Shown here piece after piece: positions 51,401-64,000 of a stretch of DNA of 64,000 nt; the stretch's first letter is position 1; every line of letters begins with the position of its first letter. Origin of the DNA: Eledone cirrhosa (Eukaryota). Below the pieces are notes generated by a model. The model ran no database searches. It saw nothing but the letters and a program-made list of their open reading frames with translations, and had not been told where the DNA came from. The stretch is taken from NCBI GenBank assembly GCA_964016885.1, contig OZ024744.1:81220001-81284000 (forward strand). The letters run 5' to 3'. The position numbers and the translations under genes were made by a program.

Positions 51401-53489
51401 AAGGCTTTACCTCACATCATTATTTCACATAATATCGAATCTATAAGATTTTGATATTATTTATTTTCAAAATAATACCTTAACATAAGTATAAGTGACC
51501 AGTTACAGCTGGTTTGAACAGAAAGAGGCAAGAGAACTCTGGCCAGATACGGCCAGTTTTCATGCTAAAGGGTTAAGAAAGACCTGTACAAGGAGGGAGT
51601 TTCAGATGGCCAATATTTTGAACGTAGGTGATTAGTGCAGGGTCTGAGAGATTGAACACAACATGAGTATTGAAAGGAAGAGTGATGGGTAATTCAGAAG
51701 TGTCTGAATGGAGGTGCCATGAGTTGAGCAAACTCCAAGGAACAGTATTGTGTGCTGGAGAATGTCAGAAAGTTACATTGAGCCAATTAGCTAAGTGACT
51801 TCTTCCTGAATGCTGTCTAGAATGGCAGTGTAAGCAACAGTAATGCTACCCCAATCCACTACACCAGTAGGCTGAAAGACTTGTTAAGTCGTCTTTGCTC
51901 ATTTAACTTTTTTGATACTAACTCACCCAAAACTGTTTGGTACTATGGAACAAAACCACCCATTTTTAAGGGTTCATATTTCAACACAATTATATGTAAG
52001 AACCTTTTGTTAAATGTTACATATGCTAGATTAATAATGAAATAATGATTTTTGGCAAATCCATTCAAATAGTGTATTTCATTAGCAATACGATAATAAG
52101 AGAGTCAGGAACCCACCACAAGAACTGTTTCTCAACTTGTAAAGTGCTTTGGTGCCATCCACTACACTCTACAAGGCCAATGTCTTCAATGTTAACTACT
52201 CACACAAGATAATGAATGAGTTCTAAGTTAGGCACAAGACCTGCAATTTGTGGGATGGGAAAATTGATGACAACTTTACTGGTACTTTATTTCATCAATT
52301 CTGGAAGGAGGAAGGGCAAAGTTGACCTTGGCAGGATTTGAACTAGATGCTGCAATGAATTTCATCTGGCACTAATAATTCTTCCAACCTACAGTTGTAT
52401 ATATCGGACAAAGTAATGATAAGGTATGTGCCCATCATCTCTACAGGTCAATATCCATGTAATTCTTTATAAAAGTGGAGAAAAATAAAGCTATTGTAAA
52501 GATAAGTAAAAAAAATAATAGTAATATGATAGGGAAGAGTGAAGAATAGAGCATGTAGTTAACTGATATTCTTCAAGGAGAATCTGTGGTTAAAAGGAAA
52601 GAAGAATGTGTCTAGTCCAGTGTGCGTAAATATATATTTATGATGATGATGATAAAACCAAAGACTCAAACTCAAGGGCCCAAAAGAGCCATTACATCCT
52701 GGAGGAGAGGCACAGTAGGCTAAAAGTGAGATGAGGGGGGATAAGCATGGTTAACACCAGTTATAAAGCTTATTTGCAATACAGCTGATAGGTCACTGTT
52801 TATTTTATACCAAAATGAATATGCATATGATAGTAAGTGGGATATGTGAATTAGTACAAAATGTAGTGGGTCAAATTTTCCATAATACTTTTTTTTTTTC
52901 CATTTTATTGTATTTTATGAGTAATGTGCAGTAAAGTGTACTATAAATATTATTTACCAAGTTTTAAGAAAATATTAGTCAAGAAAATTGTTCTGCCACA
53001 GGCCATAGACATGTAGTTTGTGGGAGGCATGTTTAAAAGCCCCTGCTATAAATAGAGTATAACTAAATCATACACTCTAGTTTGAGTGACAGTAACATTG
53101 GTATGTGAACTAAGAATAGTAAAGCTCACTATTAAATTTGTGTGTGTAATCACAGACATGCATATACAGACACACCATTAACAACATTTAGAGAGATGTA
53201 CTCCAAGTTGTGTGTACATGCATAAACAATGCTGTGTTTGATCAGTCTATATCAGTGGTAGGTAACCTTTTCAACCTGAAGAACCATTTTTATCAAAAAA
53301 AAAAAAATTCTGGTTATCACAGATACATAATTTATTATAAACAAAAATACATGAATTTAGCTAACCTTTTTTTTACACAATGCCAAAAAAAAAAAATTTT
53401 ATTTTACACAATACAGTTTTTGACTTTGAATCTTATCAGAAATTGCTTCAATATCCAGGTCACAAGTCATGACTTTTATTTTAATACAA

Positions 53490-53820
53490 GTGGTTAGAGC
53501 ATTGGCCTTGCAATCGAAAGGTTGTGAGTTCAATTCTCAGACCGGGCGATGTGTTGTTTCCTTGAGAAAGGCACTTTATTTTACATTGCTACAGTTTACT
53601 CAGCTGTAGAAATGAGATGATAGGGACTGGGGTCCCTCTCATTCCACTGCAAAGTGGTTGTGGAGGTGCCACGGCAAAAAAGCACCCAGCACTCACTGTA
53701 AATGAGGTTGGTGTTAGGAAGGGCATCCAGCTGTAGAAATCAAGCCAGAATCAGTTCCCGTCCCACCCTTACAAGCAGGGAAAAGCGGACGTAAAATGAA
53801 ATGATGATGAAATGATGATT
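53490..53820 (+). mobile_element. tRNA SINE family A, slightly 5'-truncated
   Basis: Near-identical to 1294-1633. Confidence 0.9.
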
Positions 53821-53920
53821 ATATATATATATAATGATGATATATATTTTACATCCGCTTTCCCCTGCTTTTAAATATATATATAATATAAAATCAAAAG
53901 ATGGTTAAAATAGTTCCATG

Positions 53921-53991
53921 TATTTTATTATGCGCATTTCAAAAATAAATATCATCGTGGGATGATATTTGCGTTCTCATCAGATAAAATA
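53921..53991 (-). ncRNA. Minimal type I hammerhead ribozyme with intact catalytic core
   Basis: tattttat CTGATGA gaacgc-aaatatcatc-ccac-gatgatattt-attttt GAAA t gcgc a TA ataaaata: 8-bp stem I, 10-bp distal stem II, short stem III with palindromic GCGC loop, AUA triplet. Confidence 0.82.
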
Positions 53992-54139
53992 GGTAGACAT
54001 GATATGTAGATTAAAAAACACTTGCGAGCAGTGAAGTGTTAAATCAACATATTTATACTCCAGTCCTATAAACTGTTGAGTGCTACTTATCCGATATTTG
54101 CATTGCTTTATTGTGCTACAATAAAACTCACCTCCTACA

Positions 54140-55628
<1,489 letters not shown>

Positions 55629-55667
55629 TGTGTGTCTGAGTGTAAGTATATTTATATATATGTACGT

Positions 55668-55699
<32 letters not shown>

Positions 55700-55994
55700 T
55701 TTACGTCTGCTTTTCCCTGCTTGCAAGGGTGGGACGGGAACTGATTCTGGCTTGATTTCTACAGCTGGATGCCCTTCCTAACACCAACCTCATTTACAGT
55801 GAGCTCCACGACCACTTTGCAGTGGAATGATAGGAGCCCAGTCCCTATCATCTCATTTCTACAGCTGAGTAAACTGGAGCAATGTGAAATAAAGTGTCTT
55901 GCTCAAGGAAACAACACATCACCCGGTCTGAGAATTGAACTCACAACCTTTCGATTGCAAGGCCAATGCTCTAACCACTAAGCCATGTGCCTCC
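55668..55994 (-). mobile_element. tRNA SINE family A with a small internal deletion
   Basis: Reverse complement of family A, lacking ~25 nt near 55803. Confidence 0.9.
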
Positions 55995-56415
55995 ATATAT
56001 GTATATGTATGTGTATGTATGTGTATGTCTATATGTACAACACCATCTCCATTGGCTCTCACCCTCCCTCTATCTTTGTACTACGCCACCCCCACTATAC
56101 CCCCCCCCCTCCACTCTATATATCCACACGCATGCATGCATATATGTGTGTGCGTATATATGCATATAAATATATGTATGTGTGGATGTATGTGTGTATA
56201 TAAGTGTGTATGTATATGTCAGTATATATGCGCATGTATACAACGTATTTGTCAGACTAAGAGTGTCTAGGTATGTATCTCCCCATGGACTTGACACCAC
56301 CAACACATCCACCATAAACAACAACACCACACCCACACCACAAACAATAACCAGCCACAAATATATGCCAACCTGTCTACTGACAATCCACTACCCCCTC
56401 CCCCCCCCCCCACCC

Positions 56416-57247
56416 ACCACAGCCCATCTCAGTCAGCGATTGTCACCACCATCTTATCATCACATCCACCCCACAAACACTACAGATGAAAGTCAATCCA
56501 CCACCCCTACACCACAGCCCATCTCAGTCAGCGATTGTCACCACCATCTTATCACATCCACCCCACAAACACTACAGGCGAAAGTCAATCCACCACCCCT
56601 ACACCACAGCCCATCCCAGCCAGCGACCGGCACCAACATCTTATCATCACATCCACCCCACATCCACTACAGGTGAAAGTCAATCCACCACCCCTACACC
56701 ACAGCCCATCCCAGCCAGCGACCGGCACCAACATCTTATCATCACATCCACCCCACATCCACTACAGGTGAAAGTCAATCCACCACCCCTACACCACAGC
56801 CCATCCCAGCCAGCGACCGGCACCAACATCTTATCATCACATCCACCCCACATCCACTACAGGTGAAAGTCAATCCACCACCCCTACACCACAGCCCATC
56901 CCAGCCAGCGACCGGCACCAACATCTTATCATCACATCCACCCCACATCCACTACAGGTGAAAGTCAATCCACCACCCCTACACCACAGCCCATCCCAGC
57001 CAGCGACCGGCACCAACATCTTATCACATCCACCCCCACATACACTACAGGTGAAAGTCAATCCACCACCCCTACACCACAGCCCATCCCAGCCAGCGAC
57101 CGGCACCAACATCTTATCATCACATCCACCCCCACATAGACTACAGGTGAAAGTCAATCCACCACCCCTACACCACAGCCCATCCCAGCCAGCGACCGGC
57201 ACCAACATCTTATCATCACATCCACCCCCACATAGACTACAGGCGAA
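56416..57247. repeat. Minisatellite, ~9 units of 92-96 bp (modal 95)
   Basis: acagcccatc recurs at 56419, 56514, 56606, 56701, 56796, 56891, 56986, 57079 and 57175. Confidence 0.95.
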
Positions 57248-58145
57248 TACATCTCTATGATCTATTCCACCAATCAAAACAACTCATATTGACCAACTTA
57301 TGAACTTCTGACTTTATCATATGGCATGTATTCATTTTCTTATAGCATTTTAAAGGGTCCGTCGCACTGCCGATTTTAGAGTCGGGTAATATCGATACAG
57401 ATCGAACCTTGAGCTGATCAGTGGCGAAATGCACGTCACCAACCAATAAATGTAATGAAGGAGTAACCAATCGTCCTTGTTATCTTTTCAATATATTACA
57501 CTCTGTATAGCTCTACACCTCAACACAGAAGTGAACCTAAACATCGAGTGCTCTCCCGGGTGAACCTGCAGTAACTCCAAGTTACACTCCCCAGATATAT
57601 ATATATATATATATGAATAAATAGCATTAAAAACTTTCAGAGTATTTAAAGAGCCACTCAAGATAAGCTAAAGAGTTGCTTGTGCTTCTGGAGTCACATT
57701 TTTTCCTCCCAACCTTTGGTTTGTAGGATTAGAAATATAGGCCTATAAAGACCATAGCCATGAAAAGTCAGAGAAGAGCAAGAAAAGGATTAATACTGCT
57801 GCACTGCAAACTGATGAGAGCAAGGACTGTGGCAAATGTGCGTGTATGTGTAAGTGTGGTAGTATCAAAAAGTAAAATGCAAAGACTCCATTTTTTTTTT
57901 TTTTTAGTAGTGGAAATGATGGTAAATAGAGCTCTAAAAGTAGTGACAAAATGGTGTTGATAATTATTTAGTTTCTTCTTTGTTTCCTTCTTTCTCTTTT
58001 TTTTTGTTTACAACTCTGTGTGTGTGTGTGTGTGTGTGTGATTTAATTCCATCTATCAACTTTAGCTAGCAGCAAGTTGAAACTGTTCATATTTGAATGA
58101 ATGACCATCAGGAGAGCAGTGACAGAATAAGTCAAGAAGTTGAGC

Positions 58146-58620
58146 TAGAGAGAGATGAGAGATAGAAAGAGAAAGAGATGAGAGAGAAGCGAGAGGGGAG
58201 ATAAGAGAGAAGGGGAGAAAGAGAGGAGGAGATGAGAGAGAAGGGGAGAAAAGAGAGAGCGAGAGAGAGGGGAAAAAAGAGAGAGAAAAGAGAGAGGAGG
58301 TGAGAGAGAAAAGAGAGGAGGTGAGAGAAAAGAGGGGTTGAGAAAAGAGAGAGGGCAGAACACAGAGAGAGACAGAGAGGGAAGAGAGAGGAAGAAAAAG
58401 AGCAAGAGAGGGGAAAAAGGGAGAGCAGAGGAAATGGATGGGAAAAAAGAGATGGAGAAGAGAGATGGGGAAAGAGGGTGGGAGTGCGATGGAGAAGAGA
58501 GATGGGGAAAGGGGGTGGGAGTGAGATGGAGAGAGACAGTGACAGAGAAAATGAGAGGGGGAAAGAAAGAAAGAAAGGAAGGAAGAGATGGAGACAGAAA
58601 AAGAATGAAGGAAAAGAGAG
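58146..58620. repeat. Polypurine GA-rich low-complexity tract
   Basis: Seen directly. Confidence 0.9.
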
Positions 58621-58858
58621 TAAGGTCTACTTTACAGAGTTGGCGTAGGTTATTAGGTAATGAAATCTCAATTAAGAGAGGTGCAGGCTGAACTGATTGC
58701 ACAAACTGAGGATTTAGCCATTACTTTGGTTTCACAGAAAGGTTGTAGAGTATGAAACTCAAGTAATGGCTAAACGCCAGTTGAAATAAATATATGAATA
58801 AACTTTACACATACTATCTTCCTATTTCATTTACAAACTATAACATTTGTATGTGTGT

Positions 58859-59138
58859 GTAAGTGAAAGGTCAACAAGGAAAAATGACACAGGAGAATGA
58901 TGGTATATATTAGTTTAATGCTTGATATAACAGGAAAAGTCTTAATTAACGTTTTGGACGGTAGTCCTTCATCAGAAGATGGTATGAGAGATAAAAGAAA
59001 TAGAAAGATAGAGAGCAAAAAGAGGAAGAGATGGAAGGAAAAAAAATTTTCCTTCCATCTCTTCCTCTTTCTATTTCTTTAAACTAATATATACCGTCAT
59101 TCTCCTGTGTCATTTTTCCTTGTTAACCTTTCACTTAC
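58859..59138. mobile_element. Fold-back element with a G12A hammerhead motif (minus, 58940-58979)
   Basis: Outer arms 58859-58918 / 59079-59138, inner arms meeting near 59045. Minus strand tctt CTGATGA aggac tacc gtcc AAAACGTT aattaaga. Confidence 0.75.
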
Positions 59139-59325
59139 AGTCGGTGGATTGGCAGTATCGGTAGAGGGTTGGGTGCCATACTTTGAAGCATAGAGTTACC
59201 TCCCTTTATGATCTGAGTTAAAATCCCGCCGAGGTTAACTTTGCCTTTCATCCTTACAGGGTCGCTAAAATAAAGTACCAGTAATGCACTGGGATAATTG
59301 CTGGCCTTGTGCCAAAAGTAGAAAC

Positions 59326-59365
<40 letters not shown>

Positions 59366-59488
59366 AAAATTAAGATAGATTAAATGAATTCAATCCAAAT
59401 CGAAATTGTGGGTGTCATGCCATAACGGCGTGCGCCATATCGCCTGGAAAATAAGCTCAAAGATTCTATCATGTAGGTCCAAGCATTT

Positions 59489-59598
59489 TATAATAACTAG
59501 AAATTGATTAACATATAAATAAACATGAATAATCACAGGAGATATCTCCTGTGATTATTCATGTTTATTTATATGTTAATCAGTTTCTAGTTATTATA
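59489..59598. repeat. 110-bp spacerless palindrome centred on GATATC
   Basis: One mismatch (59504/59583); part of a ~235-bp unit between two (TA)n tracts. Confidence 0.92.
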
Positions 59599-59619
59599 TA
59601 TATATATATATATATATAC

Positions 59620-60208
59620 ATACACTGTATTACAAATTTGGTATAAATATCCAAGGATAAGAATACTCAGTTTATAGGACAAGTTAAGTATAATTAGTTA
59701 CAACAGTGACATATACAGGTACTTAAGTTTCCTTGGGTTAAACCCTTGTAGTAGTTTTTAGAAAATTTAAGTAGTGTGCAAGAGGAGACTGAGGTAGTAT
59801 GGACATGTGATGCGCATGGAGGATGACTGATGGGTGAAGAAGTGCCAGGAAATGCCAGTTGAAGGAAGACGTGGTAGAGGTAGACCACGAAAAACATGGG
59901 CGGAGGTGGTCAAACAGACCTCAGATCGCTGAAGCTCACGGTGGAGATGACGAAGGACCGTGACAAGTGGAGAGATGCTGTGCTGAATAAGATCTGTCCC
60001 ACCCTTGCAAGCAGGGAAAAGCAGACGTAAAATGATGATGATGATGATGATGATCCTACGGGAGGGACTCCCGAATTTAGTCATAAATAGACAAATAGTT
60101 AAATTCGAGATTACCTACCCTTAGAAACCACTATGGAGTTAGCCATCTTTGTTTATACAACAGGCTGAAACTTAAGTATCTGCAAATATCATTGTTGTAG
60201 CTAATTTT
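59620..60208. mobile_element. Inverted pLTR-like pair (30172-30360 family) split by an RTE 3' end (59775-60055)
   Basis: Minus strand cccaagGAAACTTAAGTAcctg at ~59716-59737; plus strand caggCTGA-AACTTAAGTAtctg at 60161-60182. 59645-59740 aligns with 30195-30290. Confidence 0.65.
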
Positions 60209-60219
60209 ACACACACACA

Positions 60220-60260
<41 letters not shown>

Positions 60261-60294
60261 CATACACACACACAAAGAAGAGAACTAAAATATA

Positions 60295-61288
60295 TTATGG
60301 TTGCCCACAGAATACTAGCTCTTTCAATTGCACAGATGGTTCTATAGAGATAGTGGACAGCTTCCGTTACCTGGGAGACAAAATCAGCAGTGGGGGGAGG
60401 GTGCTCTGAAAGTACAGTAGCTAGAGTCAGAACTGGATGGAAAAAGTTCAGAGAGCTTATACCACTATTAGCCGCTAAAGGGTTCTCCCTAAAAATGAAA
60501 GGCAGGCTGTATGATGCCTGCATACGAACAGCAATGTTGCATGGCAGTGAGACCTGGGCATTGTGTGCAGAGGATATACGCTGGATGTGTAATAGTAATA
60601 TACGTGAATGGCAAAGCATAAACGAATTAAGGGAAAAATTAGAAATAAGAGGGATCAGATGTTGTTTACTCGAGTGAAGGCTACGTTGGTATGGTCACGT
60701 GATGCGCATGAAAGACGATAGCTGTATAACAAAGTGCAGGGCAATAAAAATAGACGGTAGCCACAGAGTAGGCAGACCCAGAAAAACCTGGGATGAGCTG
60801 ATAAATTCCGACCTCACACACACCTCTCCAAGACAATGTCACGGGACCGAGATCTTTGGCGCTACACAGTAATAGAGAAGACCCGCCTTACCTAAATACA
60901 AAGTAAAACCTACTACAGTCAGTAGGCACCTCTAACAAAATACACCCCCGTCCCACTAACCCCACCTCATCCACACCACCCCTTTCAATGTAAAGCTATG
61001 TTGGTACCACAACATCCAGGCCGAAACAAATGAGGTCGTGTAGGTGTCACGACAAAAAACACACAGTCCACGCTGTAATGTGGCCGTGTAGGCAACACGG
61101 TAAAAACCTCCCAGCCCCACACTGTAAACGTGGTTGGTGTTAGGAAGGGCATCCAGCTGTAGAAAACCCGCCAGACAGTCCTATGCAAGCAAGACAACCA
61201 CTCTTGCCTCAAGTGGGAAAACTCCCGTCCAAACCCATGCAAGCGTGGAATATGGACGTTAAACGATGATGATGATGATGATGATGAT
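60295..61288 (+). mobile_element. RTE LINE 3' end with tail
   Basis: VDSFRYLGD, KKFRELIPLL, LHGSETW, GRPRKTW, (ATG)n. Confidence 0.9.
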
Positions 61289-61317
61289 TATTATCTTCAA
61301 ATGTTGTTACCTATATA

Positions 61318-62478
61318 CAGGGTGACTAAAACAATAGATCAAATATTCAGTATCTTCTGGCGTTTCTGTCCAGAGTTACAGCACATGTTCTAACTGATCC
61401 CTATTTGAATCCATGCATTTTTTTAAAGCGAATGGTGAAGTTTAGCATTACATCCTTACAAACAGACCTAGGGGTGGCTCTGATCTCCTCCCTGATGTTT
61501 TCCTTTAGTTCAGGGATGGTCCTAGGTTTGTTGATATATACCCTATCCTTCAGAGAGCCCCAAAGAAATCTGGGTGCGGTTTAAATTGGGATTGTGTGGG
61601 GCCCACTAAAAAATCAATCTTCAAACTTATCATACAATTTCCAAAGTTATTTTTCAGTCATTCCCATGACTCATTGGAAAAGTGAGAGCTTACTCCTCCT
61701 TGCTGGAACCCAAATTTATTCATTAGAGATGAGTACATGGTCGGTAACTCCTTTTTGAAGTCATCCAGGACCTCGACATAGCATTCCTTTGTGACACTCT
61801 TTTCTTGGAAGAAGAATGGACCAATCAACCCTCCCTTAGAAATAGCAGCCCAGACAGTACATTTAGCCAAGTGGGGAAGTTTCACAGTTACTTCAGTAGG
61901 TTTCTCTGACCCCCAGAACACATTGTAGAGTTGTTCTTCCCCTTTAATTGAAAGTGTGCTTCATTGGTCTTCTCAGATACAGTAAGCTTTTGTTTAGTCT
62001 GTATTCTGTAGTGGTACTTCTTAAAATCCTCTTTGACAACCCTCCTGCAAGTTTCTGTGGAGAGGCCCAATGATTGGCTTCTCCTTCGCACCTACTTTTT
62101 AAGCTCTGTTCAACAAACTCTCAGATCATGTTGTTAACTTCCTGTGTACACTTCCTGGGCCATCCAGGGTGAACAGGACAGTCCTCAGACAGTGTATTGA
62201 GGTTCACCATTGTCCCATAGGTCTGCAACTTTTTCACTCAGTTTTGTATATTGGCTTTGAAGGGAGATTTATCCGTACCCAAAAAATGCATGAAATTGCT
62301 CCTGAACCTGCTTGTATGAGACACACAGAAAATCTGGTGCTGGAGCTCCCATTGGGGTCTTGTTGTCTTCTCAGACGTTGTATCTGCCATGTCCTGAAAT
62401 TTAAGGTTGATCAGTTAGAAAATGAATATACAGTGACACAAAATGTGTGCTGGGTCATTTTTTTTTTTAGTTACTCTG
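61318..62478 (-). mobile_element. Decayed, near full-length Tc1/mariner transposon
   Basis: TA-cagggtgactaaaa ... ttttagttactctg-TA; fragments RRRSQSLGLS, VWAAISKGGLIGPFFF and FQQGGVSSH. Confidence 0.85.
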
Positions 62479-62489
62479 TATAAATGTGA

Positions 62490-62523
<34 letters not shown>

Positions 62524-62599
62524 CGAAGGAGGTGTGGTGAGGAACCAGATGGACCATAACGCACCAGAGTACTCAATACTTAGGGTGCTAGAGTGGGTA

Positions 62600-62715
62600 A
62601 TAGGAAAATGTTTGACCCCGACATCAGAGCTCAAGCGATTTGGACGGCTATTTCAGTCCAGAAATAGCCATCGAAACGGCTTGAGCTCTGCCGTCGGGGT
62701 CAAACATTTTCCTAT
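62600..62715. repeat. Inverted repeat, ~55-bp arms, 6-nt loop, in a (TA)n-flanked unit
   Basis: ataggaaaatgtttgaccccgac...ggctatttc agtcca gaaatagcc...gtcggggtcaaacattttcctat. Confidence 0.88.
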
Positions 62716-63359
62716 ATATATATATATATATATATTTTATGTTGGGTCACTCTTGAGTGCTACTGGCAACATGTAACCCAGTACAACTTGCCGCATGGTT
62801 GGGTCATCGGCGACTAAACCGGCAACTCCACCAAGTTTACTTAGTTAGGAGGGTGATTTTGGACACCCTGCAGGACAAAAAGCAAAACCTTACAAAGGGT
62901 GGAGGAACTCATAAGAGTCAATGGCCATCCAAAAATGTGTAAATATGTATATACATGTGTATGTATATATATATGTATATGCATGTATACATGTGTGTGT
63001 GTATATGCGCAGGTACATAGAAATAATCGGGCTGGATACCCGAACGTTCGGTTAAACCACTGGGAGTGAAAAACCCTTAGCCTTTGTCAGGGCATTCTTC
63101 TAGGAGAAGGCAACTCAGGAAACTGGGATAACTCCGACATAAAACCTGTGGCTCAGTAGTTACCGATGATGATGATCTTTTCTTCTTTTCGGGTTATAGC
63201 TACTGTCACTCAGAGAGTGGGATTGGCTCAGTGCACAGTCTTTCCTCACTTTAAAAAAAAATTCACACACAGGCATTGCATGATAACATTAATTGATAAT
63301 TATTAATAATGTTATATCTTGTTATATCACGCAATGGCCATACTGATAATGAGGGGGCA

Positions 63360-63402
<43 letters not shown>

Positions 63403-63427
63403 AAAAGAAGAAAAAAAAACTCCAACA

Positions 63428-63672
63428 AAAATTGTAAGTTTGGATATGGTGAATCTCTTCAAGGTTTCCACAGATGAAGCCCTGTTGATGGTTTAAGACA
63501 AACTGAAACCAGATCCTACAATGGGTGAACGTACTAGCATCCCAATAGAGAATATGAGAGATTTTGGCATTCTCTGTATAAGCAACAAACTTCCCAATTG
63601 GCAGTCTGACTTACACCAGCAGAAAGAAGGCATAACTATAGGTTTACTATTATTCCTAGTGACAATTATACC
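63428..63672 (+). pseudogene. Penelope-like element reverse transcriptase fragment
   Basis: KIVSLDMVNLF-KVSTDEAL...DKLKPDPTMGERTSIPIENM...HQQKEGITIG matches the PLE pattern VSFDVxSLFTxVPxDEA...DxTLxxRT...YxQxxGxxMG. Confidence 0.7.
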
Positions 63673-64000
63673 GATGATAGCAGCAGAAGCTGATAAAATA
63701 TACAAAACAAGACTAGGCTTGCTATGTACCCTATCCCATTCCATTATATAATCATCCTCATCACCACGATCCTCCACTGTTTGATGTCTATTTGCATGGG
63801 TTAGATGGGTTGTTACATATTGAGGCTAAGCAGGTCAGATGACCATGTCTTGCTTGTACACTGTTTTTGGCTTAGTTTCTATGTTTGGATGTCCTTTCAA
63901 TGCCAACCACTTTACCAAGTGTACTGGGTGCATTTACTCGCGGCTACCACTTTAGAAAGTGGAATTGGTATTTTTTTGACATGGCACCAGTACTACTACT

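Noticed and set aside
56416-57247. Regular repeat array as a CRISPR locus, or Pro/His/Thr-rich ORFs as a gene
   Set aside because: Units are contiguous with no unique spacers, no cas genes are present, the context is eukaryotic, and the 95-bp period breaks the frame.
58706-58770. CTGAGGA...GAAACTCAAGTA as a complete hammerhead
   Set aside because: The stem I strands do not pair; the CTGAGGA lies in the inverted arm and is probably coincidental.

Overview
AT-rich, repeat-dense eukaryotic DNA. The microsatellite and SINE/LINE make-up resembles an octopod cephalopod genome, but the taxon is inferred. The only host gene I can support is a WDR20/DMWD-family WD40 gene on the minus strand, with a 183-nt coding exon (38888-39070), a ~34.9-kb intron and a 1254-nt coding exon (2748-4001). 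The first coding exon is not visible and probably lies beyond 64000. The rest is transposon-rich: decayed RTE LINEs and their partner tRNA-SINE, MetaSINE-like elements, a 5S-derived SINE-like unit, TTAA MITEs, Tc1/mariner and hAT relics, L1/Tx1, CR1, CRE and Penelope fragments, a 95-bp minisatellite and a ~1.4-kb AT array. The most striking unexplained signal is a set of short, microsatellite-anchored fold-back elements carrying type I hammerhead ribozyme motifs from at least five sequence families. One motif has an intact catalytic core and lies in WDR20 sense orientation; several others appear disabled at the same CpG. Coordinates were read by eye, and repeat boundaries are approximate.
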